From: Polyangiaceae bacterium | Lineage (GTDB): Bacteria; Myxococcota_A; Polyangia; Polyangiales; Polyangiaceae | Direction: 5' to 3' | Assembly: GCA_050287085.1 (NCBI GenBank) | Contig: JBNKBE010000009.1 | Coordinates: forward strand, 195,834 to 240,174 | DNA: 44,341 nt | Shown here: positions 9,201 through 17,453 of the stretch, piece after piece | Position numbering within the stretch: the first letter of the stretch is position 1 | Layout: each line of letters begins with the position of its first letter | The notes under the pieces: model-generated | The model's input: only the letters and a program-made list of their open reading frames with translations | Databases searched by the model: none | Told to the model about the DNA's origin: nothing | Program-made: the position numbers and the translations under genes

Positions 9201-11202
9201 CGAGAACGGTCGCTGTGCCGGCTGCTACACCGGTGACAACACCCCCAGCCACCGTGGCCACGGTCGTATCGTCCGAGGTGTAGGTCGCAGAGGACGTGAC
9301 GTTGACGTTGGGTCCAGCGCTATAAGACGCCTCGATGGACAAGGTTTCGGTCTGTCCCTGAGCCACGCTGACGGTGCCCGGGGTAGAAACCAGCGATACG
9401 ACTACAGCGTCGCTGACCGAGAGGCCGAAGGTATCTTCGACGCCCTGATAAGCAGCCTTGATCGTGCCAAGCCCCTGAGAAAGCGGGGTCACGAGGCCAC
9501 CATCGACACTGACGATCGCGGGGGTCTCTGAGCTCCACGTAACCACCGAGGTGATATCCTGGTTGCTGCCGTCGGAGTACTGGCCTTCGGCCATGAGCTG
9601 AACCGTGACACCCACATTGGTGCTATTGGTCGGCCCGGAGATGACGATCGCGTCGAGGGTCGCATCGGTGACTTCGAAGTCAGCCGTGCCATCCACGCCG
9701 CCCATGCTCGCGCTGACGGTCACGTTGCCCGGTGCAACACCGGTTACAACGCCGCCATCAGCGGCAGTCGCGACGGCGCTATCGTCGGTCGACCAGTTGG
9801 CGTCGTCGGTGATGTCCGCTTGGTCGCCGTTGTTGTAAACGGCCACTGCCGTGAACTGCGCGTCGGTGCCTGCCGCGGCTGAAGCCGGACCGGATACCTG
9901 GATGCTGGCGATGGCCACGTCCTCGACGGTGATCATCGCTGGATCCGACTCTACGCCCATGTACGTCGCGGTGACGTCAGCTTGACCGGCGCCTTCAGCC
10001 GTAACCTCACCAGCGTCATCAACGCTAGCAACGTCTACGGTGTCGGAGCTCCAGTCCGCCATGTCGGTGACGTCCATTTCGGTGCCGTCGGCCATCGTCG
10101 CGGTAGCGGTGATGGAAACGGTTTCGCCAACGTAGAGGCTCGCCTCGCTGATGCTGAGCTCAACCGAGCTCACCGCGTTGGCAACGGTTACCGTGATGGT
10201 CACGGTGGTATCGCCAATCTTGCCGGTGATGGTAGCCTCACCGGTGCCAACACCCGTGACAACTCCGTCCTGATCAACGGTGGCTACGTCCTCATTGTCC
10301 GAAGACCACTCGATGTCGCCGGTCACGTCCTGGGTGTCGCCGCTGGGCAGCGTCACGGTCGCCGAGAGCTGCGAAGTGCCCCCGGGAACGAGCGCGTCGC
10401 CTGAAAGCACAACTTCGATATCGCCTTCGCTGGGGTATACCGAAACCTCAACCTCAGTCGTCAGGTCACCCACGGTGATGCTCACCGTGCCGGTGCCTAC
10501 GCCGATGCCCGTGACGTTGCCGTCGCTGTCGACGGTGATGAACTCGTCGCCGCTCACGACCTCAAACGTCGCGTCGCCCGTTACGTCTTCGACGACGTTT
10601 CCGTCGGCGTCGATGGACTGAACCGTCAACGCTGACTCAGAGTTGAGCAGGAGGTCCAAGCCGCCGCTCTCGAGAGCTGCCATCAGATCGTCTGCCGCAG
10701 CAACGACCTCAATGGTCACGTCAGCCGAGATCGGCTCGTAATCTTCGCTATCAGCTTCGCCTTCTTCGGGCGCAACGGTCACGGTGATCGTAACGTCGCC
10801 CACTTCAGCGCCCGTAGCGACTACGGCGTCACCAGAACCGCTGATGTCGACGCCGTTCGCGGGTGAAGCCGTCCACTCGAGCGCCTCAACAGCCGCGACG
10901 ATGTCCGCGCGCTGCGTCTCGGTGATGTTGCCGTCCTCAACCTCGGTATCGAGCGCTTCTTCGCTCAAGCCCGAAAGCTCAACTTGTTGATTGCCAATGG
11001 TCGCCGTAGCACCGGTGACCGAAATGTCGGCCTCTTCGCCGACCTTGATAGACTCCGAGCTCGCTGAGAGCGTTAGAGCCGTCAGCTTCGCTGTCTCGGG
11101 CGGCGTATCATCATCGCCGCAGGCTGTTAACCCGCTGGCGACTACGCCCAAGAGCAGCACGAGTAAGACTCGCTGTATTTGCTGCCACCAATAGGATTTC
11201 AT
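3214..11202 (-). CDS. Giant surface lipoprotein (~2,660 aa) with many bacterial Ig-like (Big_2, Lig/invasin-type) repeats
   Basis: ORF 3214..11247; ATG 11202 is preceded by AGGGG and gives a signal ending SGLTAC; recurring motif DVT..v.WSS....VATV...G.VTGV..G...ITA. Confidence 0.88.
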   Translation of the reverse strand: MKSYWWQQIQRVLLVLLLGVVASGLTACGDDDTPPETAKLTALTLSASSESIKVGEEADISVTGATATIGNQQVELSGLSEEALDTEVEDGNITETQRADIVAAVEALEWTASPANGVDISGSGDAVVATGAEVGDVTITVTVAPEEGEADSEDYEPISADVTIEVVAAADDLMAALESGGLDLLLNSESALTVQSIDADGNVVEDVTGDATFEVVSGDEFITVDSDGNVTGIGVGTGTVSITVGDLTTEVEVSVYPSEGDIEVVLSGDALVPGGTSQLSATVTLPSGDTQDVTGDIEWSSDNEDVATVDQDGVVTGVGTGEATITGKIGDTTVTITVTVANAVSSVELSISEASLYVGETVSITATATMADGTEMDVTDMADWSSDTVDVASVDDAGEVTAEGAGQADVTATYMGVESDPAMITVEDVAIASIQVSGPASAAAGTDAQFTAVAVYNNGDQADITDDANWSTDDSAVATAADGGVVTGVAPGNVTVSASMGGVDGTADFEVTDATLDAIVISGPTNSTNVGVTVQLMAEGQYSDGSNQDITSVVTWSSETPAIVSVDGGLVTPLSQGLGTIKAAYQGVEDTFGLSVSDAVVVSLVSTPGTVSVAQGQTETLSIEASYSAGPNVNVTSSATYTSDDTTVATVAGGVVTGVAAGTATVLVQLDGVQLQVPVTVTAAVVTELALSPAAPSVPVGTTRQLTALATFSDEAAGTFGTDLTADPGLTWTSSASDVTVSQDGLVSVAPDATSTTATITATWSNGVSATSVVTVNPAVIDTITVQPVGNTSTVPVNFTLDYVAIATLTDGSTLDVTSTATWSSASAATATVVEQNGVAVVTGVAAGTVDITAAQGGKTGSATVTVSAVALTSLTVTPVKVDVPKGQTRQFTATGVFEDGSSIDVTELVEWSVVQPSCSTCPPIATNLWVTISNQPGTEGLASANQITVASVGEGGLEVRYATITAKYTTAADQVTSTPVQMAVTSDRIQSVAVYVLDDALSKTSNTPVLPVGEALNLVADCTYEDGIVVENCQDIISFTGTAPGVAAIDNTLDTLTGLVAGGTVITAVKPANATADFTANSVTVSVQDCVFDNLSVVLTSFVQDGPYRVLPLGASSRALAALVDTNGGCGTVNLSSGVSWTSSIPGSASVNSTGDVTASATPSVPVTAWPDIGSSPGLAITLTARYVSGTNSFTRTGEVVLREACINALTAAPAISARMPIPQTGSSPSFVQDTTVTGSFSVEGLDPVVLTDASNVNHQILDSAGDPIVGTEDPFTALDVAASGFITTNGDENEGTVAVRVSGVPNQTVTVGSNVYRYCAAVEPAEFSVTTVDTPVTAVTVTAPGNRTTIGVGETGIQLSAVASFADDSITPWPVAGNASWDSNNNHVAVNGTGVVSGSSAGESIISALYEGQTGTLAMSASGRTLESVYVGIASSFDQCADYTTSASQGTFGTPVSYLTGSATAFSAGLEVPLVVVGLFSDGAAAILPDVTPTLSGTGATLAGSTLTTTGAGTVTLSATAPSALGPVSSGTSGSLELDVVVRDVTQIEITDAEGSVVTADPTLPAGANIQLGAQISYAGGTSCEGTEVVTWGLNTGAKATVTQSGLVTIANDAVASDSIDVSATLGADQDVVSINVVDACLASLKIAPATVTLLEGSTTGAIMTVTGTMSNAATFQSTGSTMTWALETVEDVLFAGATPTTCPTIAGLDLEGWICANSAGTQVEVRGGHVANDVKMMVFYNETLPNQPVSACDGTVVASVAAEAALIDVQQTVTAVVLDCEGSSTSFDDGAPNFTGLSLQNLDNDNTALDLPVGVRGYCTATAQFSSGEPADVTDQVTITPGATGSVVNVLAKQTLGTKTYIPFTVSSATTALQSLQATYSGVQSNVVNFQAVQGATFAVAVLDADGAPVTGEVTLPMFQNSGLPVTLYARATVGLNGNAATYNVTDIVNWSSSAPTEMTLTKNGNVRLLAAATDTDCTEALAEVTADHSLTTPDTKVQVRPQCAACVQNSIEITRPPSTVALTSLNASIGEAIGLKATCVLDVGPTVDVTSVVTWSDNSPSFAVVAGNMTVTGPTTTGAQLTAQIGASTEIIAVNVVAPCVEELRIVDLSGNATAGRTVPGEVPVEFQLQGRLSDQDTEFAALSTMTVSNADSHVTTGSAAEVVVGDFAPVANQCPDLDTTVKLAYTVVDQVATDLVVTSTDQGALPLGSERQYKANASYAAGTFDVAAYATWTIANTSVLAEVGDDDGLVRGDALGTTSLEASFITDLGGASQATLADSTPVTVTSAVLTGIELQVFDPEIAGGASAPSTTSCEFVGSTALGAFGWTTGTPQLPINGYKTRVRVVGAYSDGSNAVLSSGYSLAVTRVGGAAAGATVSQAGMLTSGAATESLVVTASATGLTDATINVNTVAGSLTQVVTLNAQGNNGDQEMAPGQTANLFAEGSFLAGGNATWYCVSDNAAWANGGGTVATVSASGIVSALAAGTDSLSATVGGIEVFQNVVVSGSVIKSIAISPVSVNALYTGETIQFQAFATLADNTVIEVTDDLSRVKWIVDGDGVLSTNELTAAGVTNPANYDDVCGTNGVDCQTNPTGGTHGATAQANGSVVLPDLALSAVGDKFYVAVLVTAPVDTIADDAGTPILNESVVKAVAEVTIVQ

Positions 11203-12180
11203 TCGGTATCCCCTATGTTTCTGATTCCGATTCGGCGGGGCGCACAAGTACGCCCACGCTATTCAAGCCGATGGGTTCTAGCTCATGGCCAGAATGGCTC
11301 GCAAGCAAAGGTGATGAGATTTCGGGCGGTTAAACATCGGCCGAACCGCCCAGTGCCCGTCGCGGCCAAAGCGCCGATTTTGCTAACTGAATGAAAGGTG
11401 GTTCCAATCCCCACATGTGCACCAAGGCGGTGGATTTCGTCAAAACTGGAAACCCTGACCGCAAGCACCCGACAACGTGACTTTTCGGGGTGCACCCCCC
11501 TTCGGATGCGCTAGCCTGTGCGGTTTCGCAGGGGCATGAAGGAGCGAGCGGCGCGCAAAAGCCGCGGGAAATTGGCGTATTTACAATAGGTTACAGAGTT
11601 TACCTCGTTCCATCAAAACCGGACAACAGGCCTGCAATGAGGTGTGCCCTTGGACGGAGTGGTCCTCTCGTTACAGCCGTTAACCTATATCTACCTACAC
11701 GACGCGCAGAAGACGTGCGCGTGCGGCCAGCCCCGCTGCACAAGCCTGGATAGTCAGAAATTCCCTGTCTCACCGCTCCAGGGATAGCTGGCCCAGCGGC
11801 TGTTCCACCGACGCTCACCCGCCGTGGACATCGCGATTTCGATGGCCGAATCTATCCCCTGACCGCGAGCTCGCTTCGCTCGCTGATGTCCCCGCACCAC
11901 GACGCTTCCTCCACGCGACAGAAAATGCACGGGCCCCAGCGCCCGGACTCCGGCAGGGCGATAACACGCCCCAGGGCTGACCGTCCAGCCCCAGACCCAC
12001 GTCGAAGCCCAGGCCACGTCCAAGCCCCGATCTAGGCCCAGACCACACTGTGCCTTGGTCAATCGCCGACGTCGTCATGAGGCAGCCGACAGCGCTTCCG
12101 CGCCCGCTCACCCAGTCACTTGGCGGTGCTCGGGAGATAGCTCACAGATGGCGAGCTATCTCCGCATCTTGGGCGCGCGC

Positions 12181-14205
12181 CTAGCGAGCGACGGGAGGAG
12201 GGTAAATCCCCTTGGTCCGTGCGTAGTCACACCCGCGTTGAACGCCCGTCATCCCGTCCTCCGTTTTCACAACCTTGAAGTCGACGCGGCGGTTCTTCTC
12301 CCAGGCCGCCACGCTATGGGCCGGATCCAAAGGGCAATACTCCCCGTAGCCTTGAGATACCAAGCGCTCTTTGCCAATGCCCTGCGCCACCAGCGCATCG
12401 ACGACCGCGGCAGCCCGCTCCTTGGTCAACCTCAAGTTGTGCTCGTCTGAAGACCGCTCGTCAGCGTGGCCAGAGACCTCAACCACCAAGAACTCGGGGT
12501 GATGCTTCAGCGTGGCGACCACGGCCCGTATGATCTCCCGTGACTCGGGCCGGATGTTGGCCTTGTTGGTCTCGAACTGGATCTTCTCCAGAATGACGAT
12601 ATCGCTGCCGTCGATGATCACGTTGCCCTTGTCCGGGCAACCATCTTCATCCTCGTGACCGTTGTAGGTCTCCGGCTCGTTGGGGCATTTGTCGTCGACG
12701 TCTAGGATTTGATCCCGGTCGTTATCAGGATCTGGGCAACCGTCCTCGTCCTCGAAACCGTCTTTGTCCTCGGGGTCCATGGGGCAAGCGTCGTCAACAT
12801 CGAGAATGCCGTCCTTGTCGTTGTCGGGATCTGGACAGCCATCGTCGTCTTCAAAGCCATCGCGGTCTTCTGGCTCGTCCGGACACTGGTCAACCGGATC
12901 GAGAATACCGTCTCCGTCCCGGTCCGAATCTCTATCGGCCTCAGGGCAGCCATCCAGGTCCTCGTCTCCGTCTTTGTCCTCCGGAATGAGGGGACAGCTA
13001 TCCTCGAGGTCCACGATGCCGTCTTTGTCGTTGTCGAGCTCCGGACAACCGTCCTCGTCCTCGAAGTCGTCCCAGTCCTCGGGGTCGTCCGGGCATTCGT
13101 CTACGTCATCCTTGTATCCGTCACCGTCGCGGTCGCCGATCGAAGGCTCGAAAATGAACCCTAAGAATAGGCGCAAGTCCGCGGACTGAAAGCCTGTGGC
13201 GTTGAGGCGTCGGCCGCCGCCCATGACCAAGTAGCTGTTGTCCTCGACAAAGAACTTGAGCGCCCCCACGTACTCTTGGCTAAATTTCTGCGCGTTGGCA
13301 GAGGTGTCGTCGAGCAGGTAGCTGCCGTAGGTTTCCGCCAGCAACTCGGTAGAATCCGAAAAACGCCAAGCAATACCGCCGGAGAACGTCCCGAGATCGC
13401 CGTAGGTGACGTTGCCTTCGTCTAAGGTCCCAGAGCCGAAGCTTGCATTCTCGCCCGTGTGGCCGCGGTAGCCAGCATTGAGTCCGAGACGAAGCTTCCC
13501 CGCCCCCAGACGATGCTCAACAGCCAACTGCGGCCAGAACCAGAGCCCTGGATCGCCGCCCAAGTTCTTGTTGGCGTCGCCCAGGGGAATACCCGCCTGA
13601 GCCACAAGAGCCAAGCCCAGGGTCTTCTCCACCCGGGTGAGGCGCAACTTGCCGTTGAGTGCCACGGTGCTGATGCTCTGCTCGTTGAGCGCCAGCGCGT
13701 TGTAGTTGCCCGCTCCCTCTGGAGCCTGACCGACGTTGTACGCGGGATCCCCCGTCATCAACACAACCGGGACGGCAACACCCACCGAGGCGACGTTGCC
13801 CAGCCCATAGTTGAAGGAAAAGGTGCCCTGAAAGCTGTTGTCCACAAGCCCTCGCACCCCGTGTCCGTCCGCCGCCGGTAGCCCATTTGCGCCATCGCAG
13901 ACGCCCCGAGCACACCCTTCGGGGTCCTGTTTGCTGTTTGTCCGCAGCAGGCTCTGCCCGTAGTCGAGCACTAGACCAAACGCCACGTCACCGTGCCCGA
14001 GGATGTCGGTCCCGTTCTGGGTGACGAATCCCTTGGAGTCAACGGCCGGACGAAAGAGGTGGGTGTCCATGCCACCCGCTTGGCCACCGGCCCGCGTTTG
14101 CTCCTGGGCCAACGCCTCCGGAGACAGACAAAGTGTGGCTAGAGCACCGATAATTCCGTACCCCAGCAAGCTGAACCAACAACGCCGCATAGTCTGCTGC
14201 TCCAA
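12181..14205 (-). CDS. OmpA-family outer-membrane protein with thrombospondin type-3 repeats (TraB-like architecture)
   Basis: Signal peptide, beta-barrel-like N-terminus, several D.D.DGI.D..D.CP..PED.DGFED.DGCP repeats, C-terminal OmpA domain (IQFETNKA, GHAD, NLRL..ERA, NRRVDF); start may be ATG 14190. Confidence 0.9.
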   Translation of the reverse strand: MEQQTMRRCWFSLLGYGIIGALATLCLSPEALAQEQTRAGGQAGGMDTHLFRPAVDSKGFVTQNGTDILGHGDVAFGLVLDYGQSLLRTNSKQDPEGCARGVCDGANGLPAADGHGVRGLVDNSFQGTFSFNYGLGNVASVGVAVPVVLMTGDPAYNVGQAPEGAGNYNALALNEQSISTVALNGKLRLTRVEKTLGLALVAQAGIPLGDANKNLGGDPGLWFWPQLAVEHRLGAGKLRLGLNAGYRGHTGENASFGSGTLDEGNVTYGDLGTFSGGIAWRFSDSTELLAETYGSYLLDDTSANAQKFSQEYVGALKFFVEDNSYLVMGGGRRLNATGFQSADLRLFLGFIFEPSIGDRDGDGYKDDVDECPDDPEDWDDFEDEDGCPELDNDKDGIVDLEDSCPLIPEDKDGDEDLDGCPEADRDSDRDGDGILDPVDQCPDEPEDRDGFEDDDGCPDPDNDKDGILDVDDACPMDPEDKDGFEDEDGCPDPDNDRDQILDVDDKCPNEPETYNGHEDEDGCPDKGNVIIDGSDIVILEKIQFETNKANIRPESREIIRAVVATLKHHPEFLVVEVSGHADERSSDEHNLRLTKERAAAVVDALVAQGIGKERLVSQGYGEYCPLDPAHSVAAWEKNRRVDFKVVKTEDGMTGVQRGCDYARTKGIYPPPVAR

Positions 14206-14496
14206 GAGCCCCCGCTAGGAGGACCCAAATCACAAGTTGTCCCCAATCGGGACCCACACGGAAGATCCCCCTAGTGGATCCCCATGCGCAAGCGCGTGGA
14301 CGCTACCACTCGGACTCCGGAGCCGTCAATTATCGGGACTCTACGGGGTTCACGAGCGACCGAAAGCCAAGAGCGCCCCCAGTCCAGTCCAGCTTGTGCG
14401 TTCATCCGGTTATGGGAGGGGCCAAGCAGGGAGAGCTCGGCCGCGGCCCCGGAACGCAGAGCCTTGACCCGCCCTGCCGCATCCAGGCCGCCTACT

Positions 14497-14532
14497 CATC
14501 ACCGGGCCGTCCCATCACCGGGCCGTCCCATC
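14497..14532. repeat. Short direct repeat CATCACCGGGCCGTCC x2.25
   Basis: Units at 14497-14512 and 14513-14528, plus CATC. Confidence 0.8.
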
Positions 14533-14595
14533 GACGCGCCGAATGAATCGACGAATAGGCCAAGGAGCAGCGGTCTGATATGGTGTGAAACCGTA

Positions 14596-15603
14596 ATGCT
14601 GCGGTGCTTCCGCCCTTTCCGTCTACGCTCGCCCGAGCCCCGGTGCCGCACCCGCGGTGCGTTGCGAGTCTCATCGCTGTCAGTCTCATCGCCGTGGCTG
14701 TTGCCCCTAGGGGCATTGTATTGGCTCGTGCCGGCCACAACACTCGCGGCCAGCGATCTAGACGGAACCTGGAACGCTTCGGCAGCACGCACGCAGTGGC
14801 GTCTGGGCAACTGGCCTGACGCGTGCGGCAAGCCGCCCACAGGCCACGACAGCCCAGGGGGTAGCGCGGAAGTGCATCGCGTCGGGAGCGAACTTGAACT
14901 TAGAGGCCCGGGCTTGGTGCACACGACTGGGGTGTGCCCGCAACGCAAGCGCCCGCTGGAGCGAGCGAGCCATGCCTCCGGTGCCCAGGCATGGACCACT
15001 CAGTGTCGACGAGGCCCTCCTGACGAAATGTGGCTTCGCACGCAGGTCAGTGCCACGCCAGATCAAATTCGGGTCGACGAAACGGGCAAATACCGCTTCG
15101 CTCGGGGTGGCAAGAGCTGCACGGCGAGCTCTCGGAGGGTACAGGTGTTGAGTCGGACAACGCCTATCGCGGCGGTCCCCGTCAGCAGCACCCAGAAGGG
15201 CCTGAACGGCCCGGGCGTGGCGAAGGCCGCGAAGCGTGAAGGTTTCGATTTCGGCCTCGCCGTGGAAGACCCAGTCGAAGCGGAGGCAGCCGGTACGCCG
15301 CAGGCGGCAAAGACCACGTCCGGAACCCAACAAGCCCCTGCAGCAGCCCCGGCTTCCGCACAGGTGCAGGGGCTGGCAGATGTCCGTCCCACAGGCTCGG
15401 CTCCCATCGTCACCACTGAACCCACAAGTGTGGTCGGGTCGGCTCCCGCCCTCGGCCCGGACACAACAGCAACGCGGCGACGAAACTTCTTGCTGCTTGC
15501 GTCGTCTATTGCGTTGCTGCTCGGAGCGCTGGGAGTCTTCCAGCTTCGACGCAGCGCTACCGCAAGGCGGTTAGACGCAAGTCGTTCGCCGCAGAACTCC
15601 TGA
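14596..15603 (+). CDS. Hypothetical exported protein with C-terminal membrane anchor
   Basis: ORF 14284..15603, start uncertain (ATG 14596 chosen); hydrophobic signal-like segment, Cys-containing beta domain, Ala/Pro/Thr linker, C-terminal TM followed by RR. Confidence 0.55.
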   Translation: MLRCFRPFRLRSPEPRCRTRGALRVSSLSVSSPWLLPLGALYWLVPATTLAASDLDGTWNASAARTQWRLGNWPDACGKPPTGHDSPGGSAEVHRVGSELELRGPGLVHTTGVCPQRKRPLERASHASGAQAWTTQCRRGPPDEMWLRTQVSATPDQIRVDETGKYRFARGGKSCTASSRRVQVLSRTTPIAAVPVSSTQKGLNGPGVAKAAKREGFDFGLAVEDPVEAEAAGTPQAAKTTSGTQQAPAAAPASAQVQGLADVRPTGSAPIVTTEPTSVVGSAPALGPDTTATRRRNFLLLASSIALLLGALGVFQLRRSATARRLDASRSPQNS

Positions 15604-15742
15604 CCGCGTTTGCCAGTCGTCAAACGCGCTCTCGGCAAATCTACTCCAAACCCCCGCCCATTTGTGGCAATGAAAGCAGCCAGCTGCGGCCTTTGGCCCC
15701 CTCAGGACCGCAACAGCCTCGAATAAAGGAGCCGCTCGATCA

Positions 15743-17362
15743 ATGAGGATTACCTGCAACGCATGCACCGCACAGTACAACCTACCGGACGAGAAGGTAC
15801 GCGGACGTCGGGTCAAGGTTCGCTGCAAGCGTTGTTCCGAGGGAATCATCGTCGACGGTACTCAGCTGGAGGCTCCGCCCTCGGCGCGTGAGTTCGAGGA
15901 GGAGGCGACGCGCGTCATGGCTCCGCCAAGCGAGGCCGCCGCCATGTGGACGGTCAACCTCAGCGACGACGAGCAGGGGGATATGACCGAGGAGGAGTTG
16001 ATCGCCGGGTGGCAGGCGGGCATCGTCACCGAGGACGCATACGTCTGGCGAGAGGGGATGGACGACTGGGCCGCCTTGCTCGACGTACCGGAGCTAGCTT
16101 CACTCTTGGCCAGCGTACCCCACCCGGAGCCGACCCAAGGCGCGCCGGTGGCCCCAGCCGCGGCCCAAGCTGAGGCGCCCGCGCCCGCAGTGGAAACCCC
16201 GGTGGCGCCCAAAGTGGCCACCGCGTTCGCTTCGCCGCCGCGAGCCGCTACGGCTCGGTCCACCTCCAGCCCGGCGCCTTCTCCATTTGACAATGTCTTT
16301 GCCCCACCGTCGGCCGCGCGTCGTGAGAAGCCCAGGACCGCTGCCGCCACGGCGCGCGAAGAAAACTCGGTCTTGTTTTCGCTGGACGCCCTGAAGCGGG
16401 CTGCCGAAACCACACCGTCAGGCGAGCGAGCCGACATAGCGGCAGTCAGCGGCCGCGCGAGCGAAGACATCCTGACCATGGGCAGCCCAGCGCTGGGCGG
16501 GGGTAACCACGCGCCCCTCATCGACATCGAAGCGCCCGCTCCCGTGGCTGCGCCGACGTTTGCCCAGGCTTCCGTTCCCGCAGCTAGCGGGGCCCCGCCC
16601 GAGAAGAGCCGCGGCGGCCTATTTGCCATCATTGCCCTCACCGCGCTCGTCGCCGGCGGGGGCGCGGTGGCCGCAACACAACTCATGGGCACCAAAGAAA
16701 GCCCGAGTGCCGCGACTTCCGCCAGCGCAGAGCGTGTGGGAGCCAGCGCGGAGCCAAGCGCAGCCGCATCCGAGACGAGCGAGAGCGACGAGAAGAAGCC
16801 CGTCGCAGACGAGGCAGCAAACGACGACGAAAACACTGCTGCAGAGGATGCCAAGGAAGCCACCCCGGCGAACGAGCCCAAGTCGGCAGGGGACGCCGAC
16901 AAGGGGAAGGAGGAGTCGAGCGCACAGGCCACAGCCCCGTCGCGAGCGGCAGCGCCTTCACACCAAACGAGCCCAAGTCAACCCTCGACGCCAAGTCGCA
17001 CCACGACATCAAGCGGCTCCGGCTCGACTCAATCGGAATCTGACTCCAACAAGAGCTCAAAGGAAGCAGCCACGAAGGCGCCCCCGCCTCCATTCAGCAC
17101 CGCGGCCGCCAAGGCCTCCCTCTCGTCGGCCGCCAGCAGCGCAAAGGGGTGTGCGAGCGCGGGTGGGCCAAGCGGTCGCGGCAAGGTGCAGGTCACTTTT
17201 GCCACGAGCGGACGCGTAACGAGCGCCAATGTGGTCTCAGGCCCATTTGGTGGCACCTCGGTGGGCGGCTGCGTCGCACGCAAGTTCAGAGGAGCCCGTG
17301 TCCCTGCGTTCTCGGGCGGTCCGGTCACTGTCGCCAAGAGCTTCTCTATTCCCCAGAAGTAG
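15743..17362 (+). CDS. Zinc-ribbon + GYF_2 + TM + TonB-C-like protein (GltJ/AgmX-like architecture)
   Basis: N-terminal C..C...Y.LPDEKV....VKVRC..C zinc ribbon; YVWREGMDDW GYF_2 motif; REENSVLFSL motif; one TM; C-terminal domain GKVQVTF..SG.V...C. Confidence 0.8.
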   Translation: MRITCNACTAQYNLPDEKVRGRRVKVRCKRCSEGIIVDGTQLEAPPSAREFEEEATRVMAPPSEAAAMWTVNLSDDEQGDMTEEELIAGWQAGIVTEDAYVWREGMDDWAALLDVPELASLLASVPHPEPTQGAPVAPAAAQAEAPAPAVETPVAPKVATAFASPPRAATARSTSSPAPSPFDNVFAPPSAARREKPRTAAATAREENSVLFSLDALKRAAETTPSGERADIAAVSGRASEDILTMGSPALGGGNHAPLIDIEAPAPVAAPTFAQASVPAASGAPPEKSRGGLFAIIALTALVAGGGAVAATQLMGTKESPSAATSASAERVGASAEPSAAASETSESDEKKPVADEAANDDENTAAEDAKEATPANEPKSAGDADKGKEESSAQATAPSRAAAPSHQTSPSQPSTPSRTTTSSGSGSTQSESDSNKSSKEAATKAPPPPFSTAAAKASLSSAASSAKGCASAGGPSGRGKVQVTFATSGRVTSANVVSGPFGGTSVGGCVARKFRGARVPAFSGGPVTVAKSFSIPQK

Positions 17363-17453
17363 AGGGAGGACGTCGACAAGCGACGGGCGAGGCATGCATC
17401 AAGGGCAGCCATGCCTCGCCGCCGCTCCTGCGGCGGCACGTCGTGGACGGGCG

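Noticed and set aside
6007..9531. Long plus-strand ORFs (721 aa at 6007..8172, 433 aa at 8230..9531)
   Set aside because: Antisense shadows of the giant Ig-like gene; Arg/Gly-rich with no recognisable motifs
12700..13140. Repetitive DNA suggesting a non-coding repeat array
   Set aside because: Explained by the protein-level TSP3 repeats of the OmpA gene
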